A stretch of DNA of 64,000 bases from Alphaproteobacteria bacterium. GTDB taxonomy: Bacteria; Pseudomonadota; Alphaproteobacteria; RF32; CAG-239. A program made the position numbers and the translations under genes. This document shows, piece by piece, positions 1 to 8,300 of this stretch. The stretch is from NCBI GenBank assembly GCA_015062305.1, contig SUUX01000005.1:21741-85740 (forward strand). Direction: 5' to 3'. Position 1 is the stretch's first letter. Each line of letters begins with the position of its first letter. Below the pieces are notes generated by a model, which ran no database searches, was not told the DNA's origin, and saw only the letters and a program-made list of their open reading frames with translations.

Positions 1-182
1 AATATTTCGAGGAACATAGTTTCTTTTTTACCACGGCATCTCCAGACTGTAAATTCATTTTCGGCATCTTGATAATTACCAATATCCAGTTCTCCGTAAC
101 ATTTGTATTTGGCAAAAATCCTAATAGCATCAGCTCTGTTATGACACTCTGTTGGATCCGGTGTTAAGTTAATAATTTTCAT
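1..182 (-). CDS. Hypothetical protein, partial (runs off window start)
   Basis: Manual translation from ATG at 182: MKIINLTPDPTECHNRADAIRIFAKYKCYGELDIGNYQDAENEFTVWRCRGKKETMFLEI, open to the window edge; no recognised domain. Confidence 0.5.
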   Translation of the reverse strand, partial: MKIINLTPDPTECHNRADAIRIFAKYKCYGELDIGNYQDAENEFTVWRCRGKKETMFLEI

Positions 183-259
183 AGGCTGTCATTTTTAGAA
201 TAATTTTATTTAGTAGTGAGAGTTTAATCCTTTTGACATATTTTGTCAAATATTTAATC

Positions 260-298
260 AAAAAAAAGAAAGCCCCCTCCCATGATGGTGAGGGGGCT
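260..298 (-). terminator. Intrinsic terminator of the PFOR gene
   Basis: Stem agccccctc (271-279)/gagggggct (290-298) with an A-tract at 260-270 (U-tract on - strand), just past the PFOR stop. Confidence 0.8.
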
Positions 299-321
299 GG
301 TGATAAATCCGAAACTATCGA

Positions 322-3300
322 TTATTCGGCAGTTTTGAATTCAGCCATGTGCTCTAACAAAGAACGTTTTTCTTTGACGTTTTCTTGAGCTTTGTTGAGC
401 AATGTTTCATAACGTTCCGGATTGGCTTTGTTCACAATCTGGAAGCGTGTTTCATTGGCCATGTATTCTGCCAATGGTTTGGTTGGAGCTTTTGAATCCA
501 ACATTAAAGGAGCTTTGCCTTCTTTAATGTTTTCTGGATTATAGCGATACAACGGCCAAGAGCCAGATTCAACAGCGTTTTTCTGGTGTGTTAAGCCATC
601 TGCTAAGTTAAAGCCTTGTGCAATACAGTGAGAGTATGCGATGATGATTGATGGACCATCATAAGCCTCTGCTTCATTCAAAGCTTTGATTACTTGAGCA
701 TCATTGGCGCCGAATGAAACTTGTGCTACATATACATTGCCATAAGACATTGCAATCATGCCCAAGTCTTTTTTCGGAATGGCTTTTCCGGCTGTAGCAA
801 ATTTGGCAGAAGCACCCATTGGAGTAGCTTTTGATTGCTGACCGCCTGTATTTGAATATACGCCAGTATCCATAACCAGAATATTGATGTTTTTGCCGGA
901 AGCAATTGCGTGGTCTAAGCCGCCAAATCCAATATCATAGGCCCAACCGTCACCACCCAAAATCCATACAGATTTTTTGATGAGGTAATCGGCCAATTTA
1001 TCCAAATGTTTGGCTTCTGCAGAATTAATGCCGGCCAATTTGTCACGCAATTGTTTAACCAATGCACGCTGATCTTCAATTTCAATATCTGTAGACTGAG
1101 GATTGTTGAGAATTTTTTCAACCAATTCTGAGCCAATTTTGTCTTTGAGATTTTCGAGCAAGGTTTTTGCAAAATGATTTTGCTGGTCAATAGAGAAACG
1201 CATTCCCAAGCCAAACTCTGCGTTGTCTTCAAACAAAGAGTTTGCCCAAGCAGGACCATGACCTTTTTCATCTTTGGCATAAGGTGTTGTTGGCAAGTTT
1301 CCTGAGTAGATTGATGAGCAACCTGTGGCGTTGGCAACAACCATTCTATCACCAAACAATTGAGTTAACAATTTTACATAAGGTGTTTCACCACAGCCAG
1401 CACAAGCACCAGAGAACTCAAACAAAGGTTGAATCATCTGAGTTGTTTTTGGTGTGTTTTTAACAACTTCTGTACGTTTTACATAAGGTAAGGTCTCAAA
1501 GAAGTTCCAGTTGGCTTTTTCTGCTTCCAAATGGTTTTCAATATGATCCATATTGATTGCTTTGAGCTCTGGATTGGCCTTGTTTTTGGCAGGGCATGCA
1601 GAGGTGCAGATACCGCAACCGGTACAATCTTCCGGAGTGATTTGCAAGATGAACATTTTTCCTGCAAACTCTTTGCCTTTGTATGGAGCATATTTGAGGG
1701 TTGCAGGAGCGTTTTTCAACTCTTCTTCAGTTGCAACTTTCATACGGATAACACCATGTGGGCACACCAGAGAGCACTTGCCACATTGGATACATGTATC
1801 AGAATCCCATACCGGAATTTCTGTAGCAATACAGCGTTTTTCATATTGAGTTGTGCCAGTTGGCCATGTGCCGTCTACAACCTCAGCAAATGCAGAAACA
1901 GGCAATTCGTCTCCACGGTTGGCAATGATTTCTCCTGTAACTTTCTTTACAAATTCTGGAGCATTTGCCGGAACAGGCTGTGCGCGGTGGAAAGTTGATG
2001 TAACTTCTGTCGGATATTCAACTTTGTGCATGTGTGCCAAAGAGGCATCAACGGCAGCAAAGTTCTTTTGAACGATAGCATCACCTTTTTTGCTATAAGT
2101 TTTCTTAATAGCGTTTTTAATTTGCTCAATAGCTTCATCTTTTGGCAAAATGTTAGAAATTGCAAAGAAGCAAGCCTGCATGATGGTGTTAATACGCTGT
2201 CCCATGCCGGTTTCACGAGCAACTTCTACGGCGTTGATGGTGTAGAAGTTGAGTTTTTTCTCGATGATTTCTTGCTGTACTTCAATTGGTAAATGATTCC
2301 ATACTTCATCTGCTTTGTATGGCGCATTTAACAAGAAAGTAGCACCAGGTTTGGCTATCTTTAAGATGTCTACTTTTGCCATGAATGGAAATTGGTGACA
2401 AGCAACAAAATCAGCTTTGTTGATGAGGTAGGCAGCTCTGATGGGGTTGTCTGAAAAACGCAAGTGAGATGTGGTCATAGAACCTGATTTGCGAGAATCA
2501 TATACAAAGTATCCTTGACCATATTTGCCGGCATCTTCAGCAATGATTTTGATGGAGTTTTTGTTGGCTCCAACAGTACCATCGGCACCCAAACCATAGA
2601 ATACGGCACGAACAACATCTTTGCCTTCGGTGTCAATGTCATCGCTGTATGGCAAAGATGTGTGGTTAACGTCATCGTTGATACCAACAGAGAAACCATT
2701 GATCGGTTTGGCAGATGCGCCATTATCGTATACGGCACGAACCATACCAGGAGTGAATTCTTTTGAAGACAAACCATAACGACCGCCAAAAATGCGAGGC
2801 ATTGATGCAATCTCACCATTTGCAAAAGCTTGAGTGAGAGTGGCAACAACATCCAAGTACAGAGGTTCACCAATAGAACCTGATTCTTTGGTGCGATCCA
2901 AAACGTTTACAACTTTGGCAGAAGCTGGCAAAGCTTTTACGAAAGATTTGCTTGGGAAAGGACGGTATAAACGAACTTTCATTAAGCCAACTTTGTAACC
3001 ATTGCTGTTGAGGTAGTCAATTGCTTCTTCAACAGTTTCGGCGCCAGAACCCATGATAACAATAACTTGCTCGGCATCTGCAGGGCCAACATATTCAACA
3101 TTTTTATATGTGCGGCCAGAGATTTTGGCAAATTTATCCATTTCTTCTTGAACGATTTCTTCTACCTTGTTGTAGAATGGGTTTGCTGCCTCACGTCCTT
3201 GGAAGAAGACATCCGGGTTTTGGGCTGTACCGCGCAAAACAGGGGCTTCTGGACGAAGAGCATTTTTAACATTGAATTGGTAGTCAACACCATCTAGCAT

Positions 3301-3882
3301 AGCACGCAAGTCATCATCAGAAAGCAATTTAATTTTTTTGATTTCATGAGATGTGCGGAAGCCATCAAAGAAGTGCATAAATGGAACACGAGAGCGCAAA
3401 GTTGCGGTTTGAGCAATAGCTGCAAAGTCATGAGCCTCTTGTACAGAGTTGGAGCAAAGCATTGCAAAACCAGTCTGGCGGCAAGACATTACGTCGGAGT
3501 GGTCACCAAAAATAGATAAGGCATGATATGCTAAGGAACGAGCTGCAACATGCATTACAAACGGAGATAATTCACCGGCAATTTTGTACATGTTGGGAAT
3601 CATTAGCAATAAACCTTGAGAAGCGGTAAAGGTGGTTGTTAGAGCGCCTGCTTGGATAGAACCATGGCAAGCACCGGCAGCACCAGCTTCTGATTGCATT
3701 TCTTGAACTTCTGGCACAACGCCCCACAAGTTCTTTTGTTTGGCAGCAGACCACGCATCTGCCCATTCACCCATCGGAGAAGATGGGGTGATAGGATAGA
3801 TAACGCAGACTTCATTCATGCGGTGGGCAACGGAAGCGGCGGCTTCGTTACCATCCATCATTTTCATCTTAACGTCAGACAT
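322..3882 (-). CDS. nifJ: Pyruvate:ferredoxin/flavodoxin oxidoreductase (single-chain PFOR)
   Basis: 1186 aa; YPITPS, two ferredoxin CxxCxxCxxxCP motifs (CIQCGKCSLVCP, CTGCGICTSACP), CAGCGE, GDGWAYDIG TPP motif. Confidence 0.97.
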   Translation of the reverse strand: MSDVKMKMMDGNEAAASVAHRMNEVCVIYPITPSSPMGEWADAWSAAKQKNLWGVVPEVQEMQSEAGAAGACHGSIQAGALTTTFTASQGLLLMIPNMYKIAGELSPFVMHVAARSLAYHALSIFGDHSDVMSCRQTGFAMLCSNSVQEAHDFAAIAQTATLRSRVPFMHFFDGFRTSHEIKKIKLLSDDDLRAMLDGVDYQFNVKNALRPEAPVLRGTAQNPDVFFQGREAANPFYNKVEEIVQEEMDKFAKISGRTYKNVEYVGPADAEQVIVIMGSGAETVEEAIDYLNSNGYKVGLMKVRLYRPFPSKSFVKALPASAKVVNVLDRTKESGSIGEPLYLDVVATLTQAFANGEIASMPRIFGGRYGLSSKEFTPGMVRAVYDNGASAKPINGFSVGINDDVNHTSLPYSDDIDTEGKDVVRAVFYGLGADGTVGANKNSIKIIAEDAGKYGQGYFVYDSRKSGSMTTSHLRFSDNPIRAAYLINKADFVACHQFPFMAKVDILKIAKPGATFLLNAPYKADEVWNHLPIEVQQEIIEKKLNFYTINAVEVARETGMGQRINTIMQACFFAISNILPKDEAIEQIKNAIKKTYSKKGDAIVQKNFAAVDASLAHMHKVEYPTEVTSTFHRAQPVPANAPEFVKKVTGEIIANRGDELPVSAFAEVVDGTWPTGTTQYEKRCIATEIPVWDSDTCIQCGKCSLVCPHGVIRMKVATEEELKNAPATLKYAPYKGKEFAGKMFILQITPEDCTGCGICTSACPAKNKANPELKAINMDHIENHLEAEKANWNFFETLPYVKRTEVVKNTPKTTQMIQPLFEFSGACAGCGETPYVKLLTQLFGDRMVVANATGCSSIYSGNLPTTPYAKDEKGHGPAWANSLFEDNAEFGLGMRFSIDQQNHFAKTLLENLKDKIGSELVEKILNNPQSTDIEIEDQRALVKQLRDKLAGINSAEAKHLDKLADYLIKKSVWILGGDGWAYDIGFGGLDHAIASGKNINILVMDTGVYSNTGGQQSKATPMGASAKFATAGKAIPKKDLGMIAMSYGNVYVAQVSFGANDAQVIKALNEAEAYDGPSIIIAYSHCIAQGFNLADGLTHQKNAVESGSWPLYRYNPENIKEGKAPLMLDSKAPTKPLAEYMANETRFQIVNKANPERYETLLNKAQENVKEKRSLLEHMAEFKTAE

Positions 3883-4146
3883 ATTTTATCCTTAAAGTTA
3901 ATGTTAGTAAAATAAAAAAAGCCATTAAATTAGACTGTTTTATGCCTAATCTGCCGGCTTTTTGATAAACAGAATCGAATTCCTGTGCGTTTTATAGCAT
4001 TTGATGAGTAAAAAATCCAGTAAAAAATGACTAGCTCTAACAGATAAATTTAGATGTTTTTTTGTGTAAAATTTTTAATTAATATTTGATGTTTGAATGA
4101 CATAACTTAAACTTATATTGATTTTAATGTTAATCGGAGAACTAAT

Positions 4147-4464
4147 ATGAAAAAGTTTTTGACTATATTAGCTGTTGCCTTGATTGCCACATCTGCTAAT
4201 GCGTTGGATATTGCCAGTTTGGCAGGAAAAGTTCAATCGGCAGCAGATAAGGCAAGTGCAAAAATTGAAGAAGCTCAGGCAAAAAATGATGCCAAAACAG
4301 CAGAAACAAAATCTAAACTTGAAAATAAAATTGCTGATTTGAAGGAAAAAATTGCAAAATGGCAATCTTCTGATAATGCAAATTCTGTAGAAACCTTACA
4401 AGCAATTGCTAAGGCTAAAGAGAGTATTGCAAGATTGACTGCTCAGTTGAAGGCTCTGCAGTAA
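4147..4464 (+). CDS. Small secreted coiled-coil protein, unknown function
   Basis: SD (cggaga) upstream; signal peptide MKKFLTILAVALIATSANA; Ala/Lys-rich amphipathic helices. Confidence 0.75.
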   Translation: MKKFLTILAVALIATSANALDIASLAGKVQSAADKASAKIEEAQAKNDAKTAETKSKLENKIADLKEKIAKWQSSDNANSVETLQAIAKAKESIARLTAQLKALQ

Positions 4465-4479
4465 TAATTTGTGTGTTCT

Positions 4480-4531
4480 AGTCATTAGTTGTTAGTCGCT
4501 TGTTATTGGTGACTAGTAACTAATGACTTTT
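4480..4531 (+). terminator. Long hairpin/terminator built from heptamer-like units
   Basis: 21-bp stem 4480-4500/4508-4528 with four G-U pairs on the + strand, followed by a short T run. Confidence 0.55.
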
Positions 4532-4536
4532 GGTAT

Positions 4537-5439
4537 TTGATGATGATTTTTTTGATTGCGTCTTTGTTGTCGGCCGTGTTTTTTGGAGTGGCTGTACTGA
4601 TTGAAAGCCAGCTTTCGAATCGTACTTTTAAGCATCCGACAACTATGATTTTTTATATCTCTCTGATGAATGCGGTGTTTTTGCCGCTGGTGTTGTTTGT
4701 TGGTTTGCCGACGATACCTTCAGTATGGGCTTTTGGTTGCTATGTGATATTGGCGGCGATTGATGTTGTATACTTATATCCTTTTTATATGTCTATGAAA
4801 GTGATTGATACATCTATTGTAGCTGCGTTGTTTTCATTGGGTAAAATTACTATACCGTTTATGACATTTTTGTTGTTGGGCGAAAAATTATTTTTGGAGC
4901 AATATATCGGTTTTGCAATAATTGTTTTGGCATCTGTGGCGCTAAGCATTAAGGGGAATAGAGTACCTAAACTGAACAAGGCGTTTTGGTATATGTTGTT
5001 TGCATCTTTTTTGCGAGCATTTTATGTGGTGTTAGAAAAATATGTATTAGAGATTGATGATAATTGGATAAATATGGTGATTTATCCAAGTGTGATATCT
5101 GGATTGATGCCTTTTGCTTTTTTGTTGTTTGCAAAGTGGAGAAAAGATATTGTTAAAAATTTTCCGCCTTATGTGCATCAGTTTGGGGTTTTTGCTATCA
5201 ATGAATTTTTGTGTTTTATTGGTGGGGTTTGTGTGGTTTATGGGTTGTCCGGTATTTCTGCAGTTGTAAGTACAGCAATAACATCAACGCAGCCGATATT
5301 TATGCTGGCAATAAGTTATTTTTTGTTGAAAAAATATGGCATTCCACTGAAAGAAAAAATATCCGTGCAAGAGTTGGAAAAAAAATTGTTTTGTTTTGTG
5401 CTGATTATTTTGGGCGTAATATTGGTGACTGCGGGATAG
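4537..5439 (+). CDS. DMT/EamA-family membrane transporter
   Basis: 300 aa, about 10 hydrophobic segments, two-repeat EamA layout (FLLLGEKL...YIG; LKEKIS...LIILGVILV). Confidence 0.8.
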   Translation: MMMIFLIASLLSAVFFGVAVLIESQLSNRTFKHPTTMIFYISLMNAVFLPLVLFVGLPTIPSVWAFGCYVILAAIDVVYLYPFYMSMKVIDTSIVAALFSLGKITIPFMTFLLLGEKLFLEQYIGFAIIVLASVALSIKGNRVPKLNKAFWYMLFASFLRAFYVVLEKYVLEIDDNWINMVIYPSVISGLMPFAFLLFAKWRKDIVKNFPPYVHQFGVFAINEFLCFIGGVCVVYGLSGISAVVSTAITSTQPIFMLAISYFLLKKYGIPLKEKISVQELEKKLFCFVLIILGVILVTAG

Positions 5440-5503
5440 TTGATAACAACAAATGTATAAAGTTCTTGCCAAAGGGGGATTTTTGCATTATCTAATCAAG
5501 CAT

Positions 5504-5577
5504 GCAGGTATAATTCAATGGTAGAATGTGAGCTTCCCAAGCTTAATATGCGGGTTCGATTCCCGTTACCTGCTCCA
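5504..5577 (+). tRNA. tRNA-Gly (anticodon CCC)
   Basis: Cloverleaf: GCAGGTA/TACCTGC acceptor, ATTC/GAAT D-stem, TGAGC-TTCCCAA-GCTTA anticodon arm, GCGGG-TTCGATT-CCCGT T-arm, discriminator T, encoded CCA. Confidence 0.95.
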
Positions 5578-5617
5578 ATAAAAAATGCACCATCACGGTG
5601 CATTTTTTATTGGAGCA
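5571..5617. terminator. Bidirectional terminator/inverted repeat between tRNA-Gly and gcrA
   Basis: Perfect 21-bp inverted repeat tgctccaataaaaaatgcacc / ggtgcattttttattggagca. Confidence 0.75.
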
Positions 5618-5655
5618 AAATATTGTGAGCGTATTGCTCGGCAAATAAAACAGAA

Positions 5656-6186
5656 TTATTTTTTATTTGGTTTTACATAGGCTACTGCGGCGTGTTCGTC
5701 GCAATATGTTTGTCCTATGCGAACTTTTTTGCCACAAAAATGAAAGTTTTCATCTTTGGGATCTCCGAGAGGCCAACGGCAAGTATGATTGTCTAAATCG
5801 GTGAGTGACATATTTTCGGGATCACAAGGAGTTGTTTCTGCTTTTATAGCAGGAGTGTATTTGATTTCAGCTTCTTTAATTTGGACAGGTGTTTCTATTT
5901 TTGGGGCTTTTTCTTTAGGTGGTTGCTCTTTTATTGGTTTTGGAGTAGGTGCTTTTGCCGCTTTTTCAGCAGGTTTGGTTGCTGTGACGGGAGTTTTTGC
6001 CGGTTTGCTATTGTCGCTACTATCTTTTCTTTTGATAGGGGAAGGGCGACCGGATAAGCCCAAACGGTGTACTTTGCCAACGATGGAATTTTTAGAAACA
6101 TTGAGGCGGCGGCCAATTTCTCCGGTGGTTAGGCCTTCTTTCCACATCTTTTTAAGATCTTCAACCATTTGTTCGGTCCAAGCCAT
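5656..6186 (-). CDS. gcrA: GcrA cell-cycle regulator
   Basis: N-terminal WT...LKKMWKEGLTTGEIG...SKNSIVGKVHRLGL HTH; C-terminal CRWPLGDP...FHFCG...YCDEH. Confidence 0.95.
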   Translation of the reverse strand: MAWTEQMVEDLKKMWKEGLTTGEIGRRLNVSKNSIVGKVHRLGLSGRPSPIKRKDSSDNSKPAKTPVTATKPAEKAAKAPTPKPIKEQPPKEKAPKIETPVQIKEAEIKYTPAIKAETTPCDPENMSLTDLDNHTCRWPLGDPKDENFHFCGKKVRIGQTYCDEHAAVAYVKPNKK

Positions 6187-6343
6187 GGGGGTCTCCTTTT
6201 GTTTGAGTTAATCTAGCAATATGTCTATGATACTAGGATAATATTTTTTGCGAGTCCAGATATTTTTGAAATATTATTATTTTTTTAGTATTTGTGAGCT
6301 TATTATTAATGTGGTTTAGAGTGTTTTGAGAAAAGAATTTAAA

Positions 6344-7588
6344 ATGTTGAATAAATTTTTGACATTGTGGCTGTGTTTGGGAGTGTTCGGAGTCGATTCT
6401 GCATATGCATCTATGGCTGAGTTTCAAGATGTTTTTGAGGTCAATCTGGAAGAAGATTTGTTGCCGACAATTAGTGAATTGGAAACAGCTGTTGCTGATA
6501 CTGATTTGGCATATGATAGAAAATTTCGAACTATTTGGCAATTGAGAAGTGATTTTGATGAGGAGTTTTATACGCAAATAGCAGTATATGGAGAGCAAGA
6601 AAAACGCATGAAGTGGGCAGATGAAGATGCGTTGCTGGAAATGTTGGGGACTCTTCCGAAGGAAATGTATCAATATATTGGTCCGATGTTGTTTGAAGTT
6701 CCTAGTATGTCGGATAAGATTCTTAATTTGCCAGGGATTAAAGAAACAAAAAATAAATTTCCGACTAGAATTGCAGAACAGTTGAAAGATGTGGAAGATA
6801 TAGAGTTTTTATCTCCGTCTTTGTATTTTATTTTGATGCCGGAGATGTGGCCGGATAGTTGGGATAGATTAGAAACACCAAAGTTTACAAAATATTACCC
6901 GAAGATAAAACATAATCCGGAATTTTATGTTAATTTGAAAAAAATTGTAAAGCCGGAAGATTTTATGCCGGGGGCAAGTCTTGATATGGGGGTAAGGAGT
7001 AAGTTGAGGACATTGAAACCTACAAAAGATACATTAATTACGGCGGCAGATGTTGAGGCGGTAGGGCGAACAATATCTAAATTGGAAAATTGGTATAACA
7101 GTGGTGCAAATAAATATGAGTTGAGCAAAATTTCTACTCTTTGGGCCAATTATGAATATAGTAAAGAACCTCATGTTTTGCCAATGCTTCGGGATATGGT
7201 TAATCCGTGTGCAAGATTGGTGCAAAAGGCAAAAATTTTGGGCAAGGAAAGAGAGTTAGCGTCTTTGGTAGCGAGTGAGGGTTTTACGCTAAATGAGTGG
7301 GCTTATACTTGTGACAAGACAATTAAAGCGTATCGTTTGTCAAAAATTAGCAGAGAGGTTGTTCAAGCCATCAGAACATATAGAATGGGATATTATGACG
7401 AACAGATGAAAATGCTTAGTCCCAAAGCCAGAAAAATTCGTTATGCAACAATGCAAGCCATTATAAAAGCTTATGCAGCTCCGTTGGCAGATGTTTTGGA
7501 AGTTCGTAAAAAACGAGATTTTTTGGAACAAGAGTGGCAAAAATATGGTTTTGATGTGACAGATGTTTCAATCCGAATCGTTGATTAG
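6344..7588 (+). CDS. Hypothetical exported protein
   Basis: Long ORF; probable start ATG 6344 gives a signal peptide (MLNKFLTLWLCLGVFGVDSAYA); no recognised domain. Confidence 0.7.
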   Translation: MLNKFLTLWLCLGVFGVDSAYASMAEFQDVFEVNLEEDLLPTISELETAVADTDLAYDRKFRTIWQLRSDFDEEFYTQIAVYGEQEKRMKWADEDALLEMLGTLPKEMYQYIGPMLFEVPSMSDKILNLPGIKETKNKFPTRIAEQLKDVEDIEFLSPSLYFILMPEMWPDSWDRLETPKFTKYYPKIKHNPEFYVNLKKIVKPEDFMPGASLDMGVRSKLRTLKPTKDTLITAADVEAVGRTISKLENWYNSGANKYELSKISTLWANYEYSKEPHVLPMLRDMVNPCARLVQKAKILGKERELASLVASEGFTLNEWAYTCDKTIKAYRLSKISREVVQAIRTYRMGYYDEQMKMLSPKARKIRYATMQAIIKAYAAPLADVLEVRKKRDFLEQEWQKYGFDVTDVSIRIVD

Positions 7589-7702
7589 AGAGTTTAATCT
7601 GCTGTTTTTGCATTGTTATTTTATTTTTTTGTTGCTTTTTGTGATTTAGTTGGTGTATACCAGTTGCAAATGTTTGTTTAACTATTTTTGAAAGTGAAAA
7701 TT

Positions 7703-8188
7703 ATGGCTCGTGTTACCGTAGAAGATTGTATTGAAAAAATTCCTAATCGTTATGAATTATTAATGGTTGCAGCTCAAAGAGCAAGAGATATATCTGCCGG
7801 AGCTCCGCTGACTTTGGATAGAGATAATGATAAAAATTCTGTAGTTGCTTTGCGTGAAATTGCAGATGAAACTGTGAGCATTGAAGAGTTACAACGTTCT
7901 TTGGTTATGGGATTGCAAAAATTTGTTGAGGTGGAAGAACCTGAGGAAGAAGAGCTTGAGATTTTGGCTGCCGAGAGAGAGTTGGCTGATTTGGATGAGC
8001 AATTTACCGGTTTGCTACCTCAGGCAGAATTGGAAGATAGCATGCAAATTCATGGTGCAGATGATGATGCTCTGGATTTTGATGGTGTTGCTGACGATGG
8101 TATTGATGCAGATGCCGATTTCGGTGATGATGATTTTGGTGCCGAAGATATGTTTGCCGGTGATGATGGATTTGATGACGGCGAATAA
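7703..8188 (+). CDS. rpoZ: RNA polymerase omega subunit with long acidic tail
   Basis: [28 protein letters not shown]...[12 protein letters not shown]. Confidence 0.95.
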   Translation: MARVTVEDCIEKIPNRYELLMVAAQRARDISAGAPLTLDRDNDKNSVVALREIADETVSIEELQRSLVMGLQKFVEVEEPEEEELEILAAERELADLDEQFTGLLPQAELEDSMQIHGADDDALDFDGVADDGIDADADFGDDDFGAEDMFAGDDGFDDGE

Positions 8189-8300
8189 AGTATTTTTATT
8201 ATAACTGTTGCAAATAGAGTTCCCTGGGTTTAGACTTATTTAATAATATTGTGCTAAACCTTATTATAAGGGAACTCTTTTTTTGTGAAGAAGTATAGAA

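Noticed and set aside
5504-5660. Genomic island integrated at tRNA-Gly
   Set aside because: The core gene gcrA follows directly; no integrase or direct repeat of the tRNA end was seen
8040-8188. gatgat-rich repeat-like DNA at the end of rpoZ
   Set aside because: Simply encodes the Asp/Gly-rich tail; acidic extensions are usual in alphaproteobacterial omega subunits
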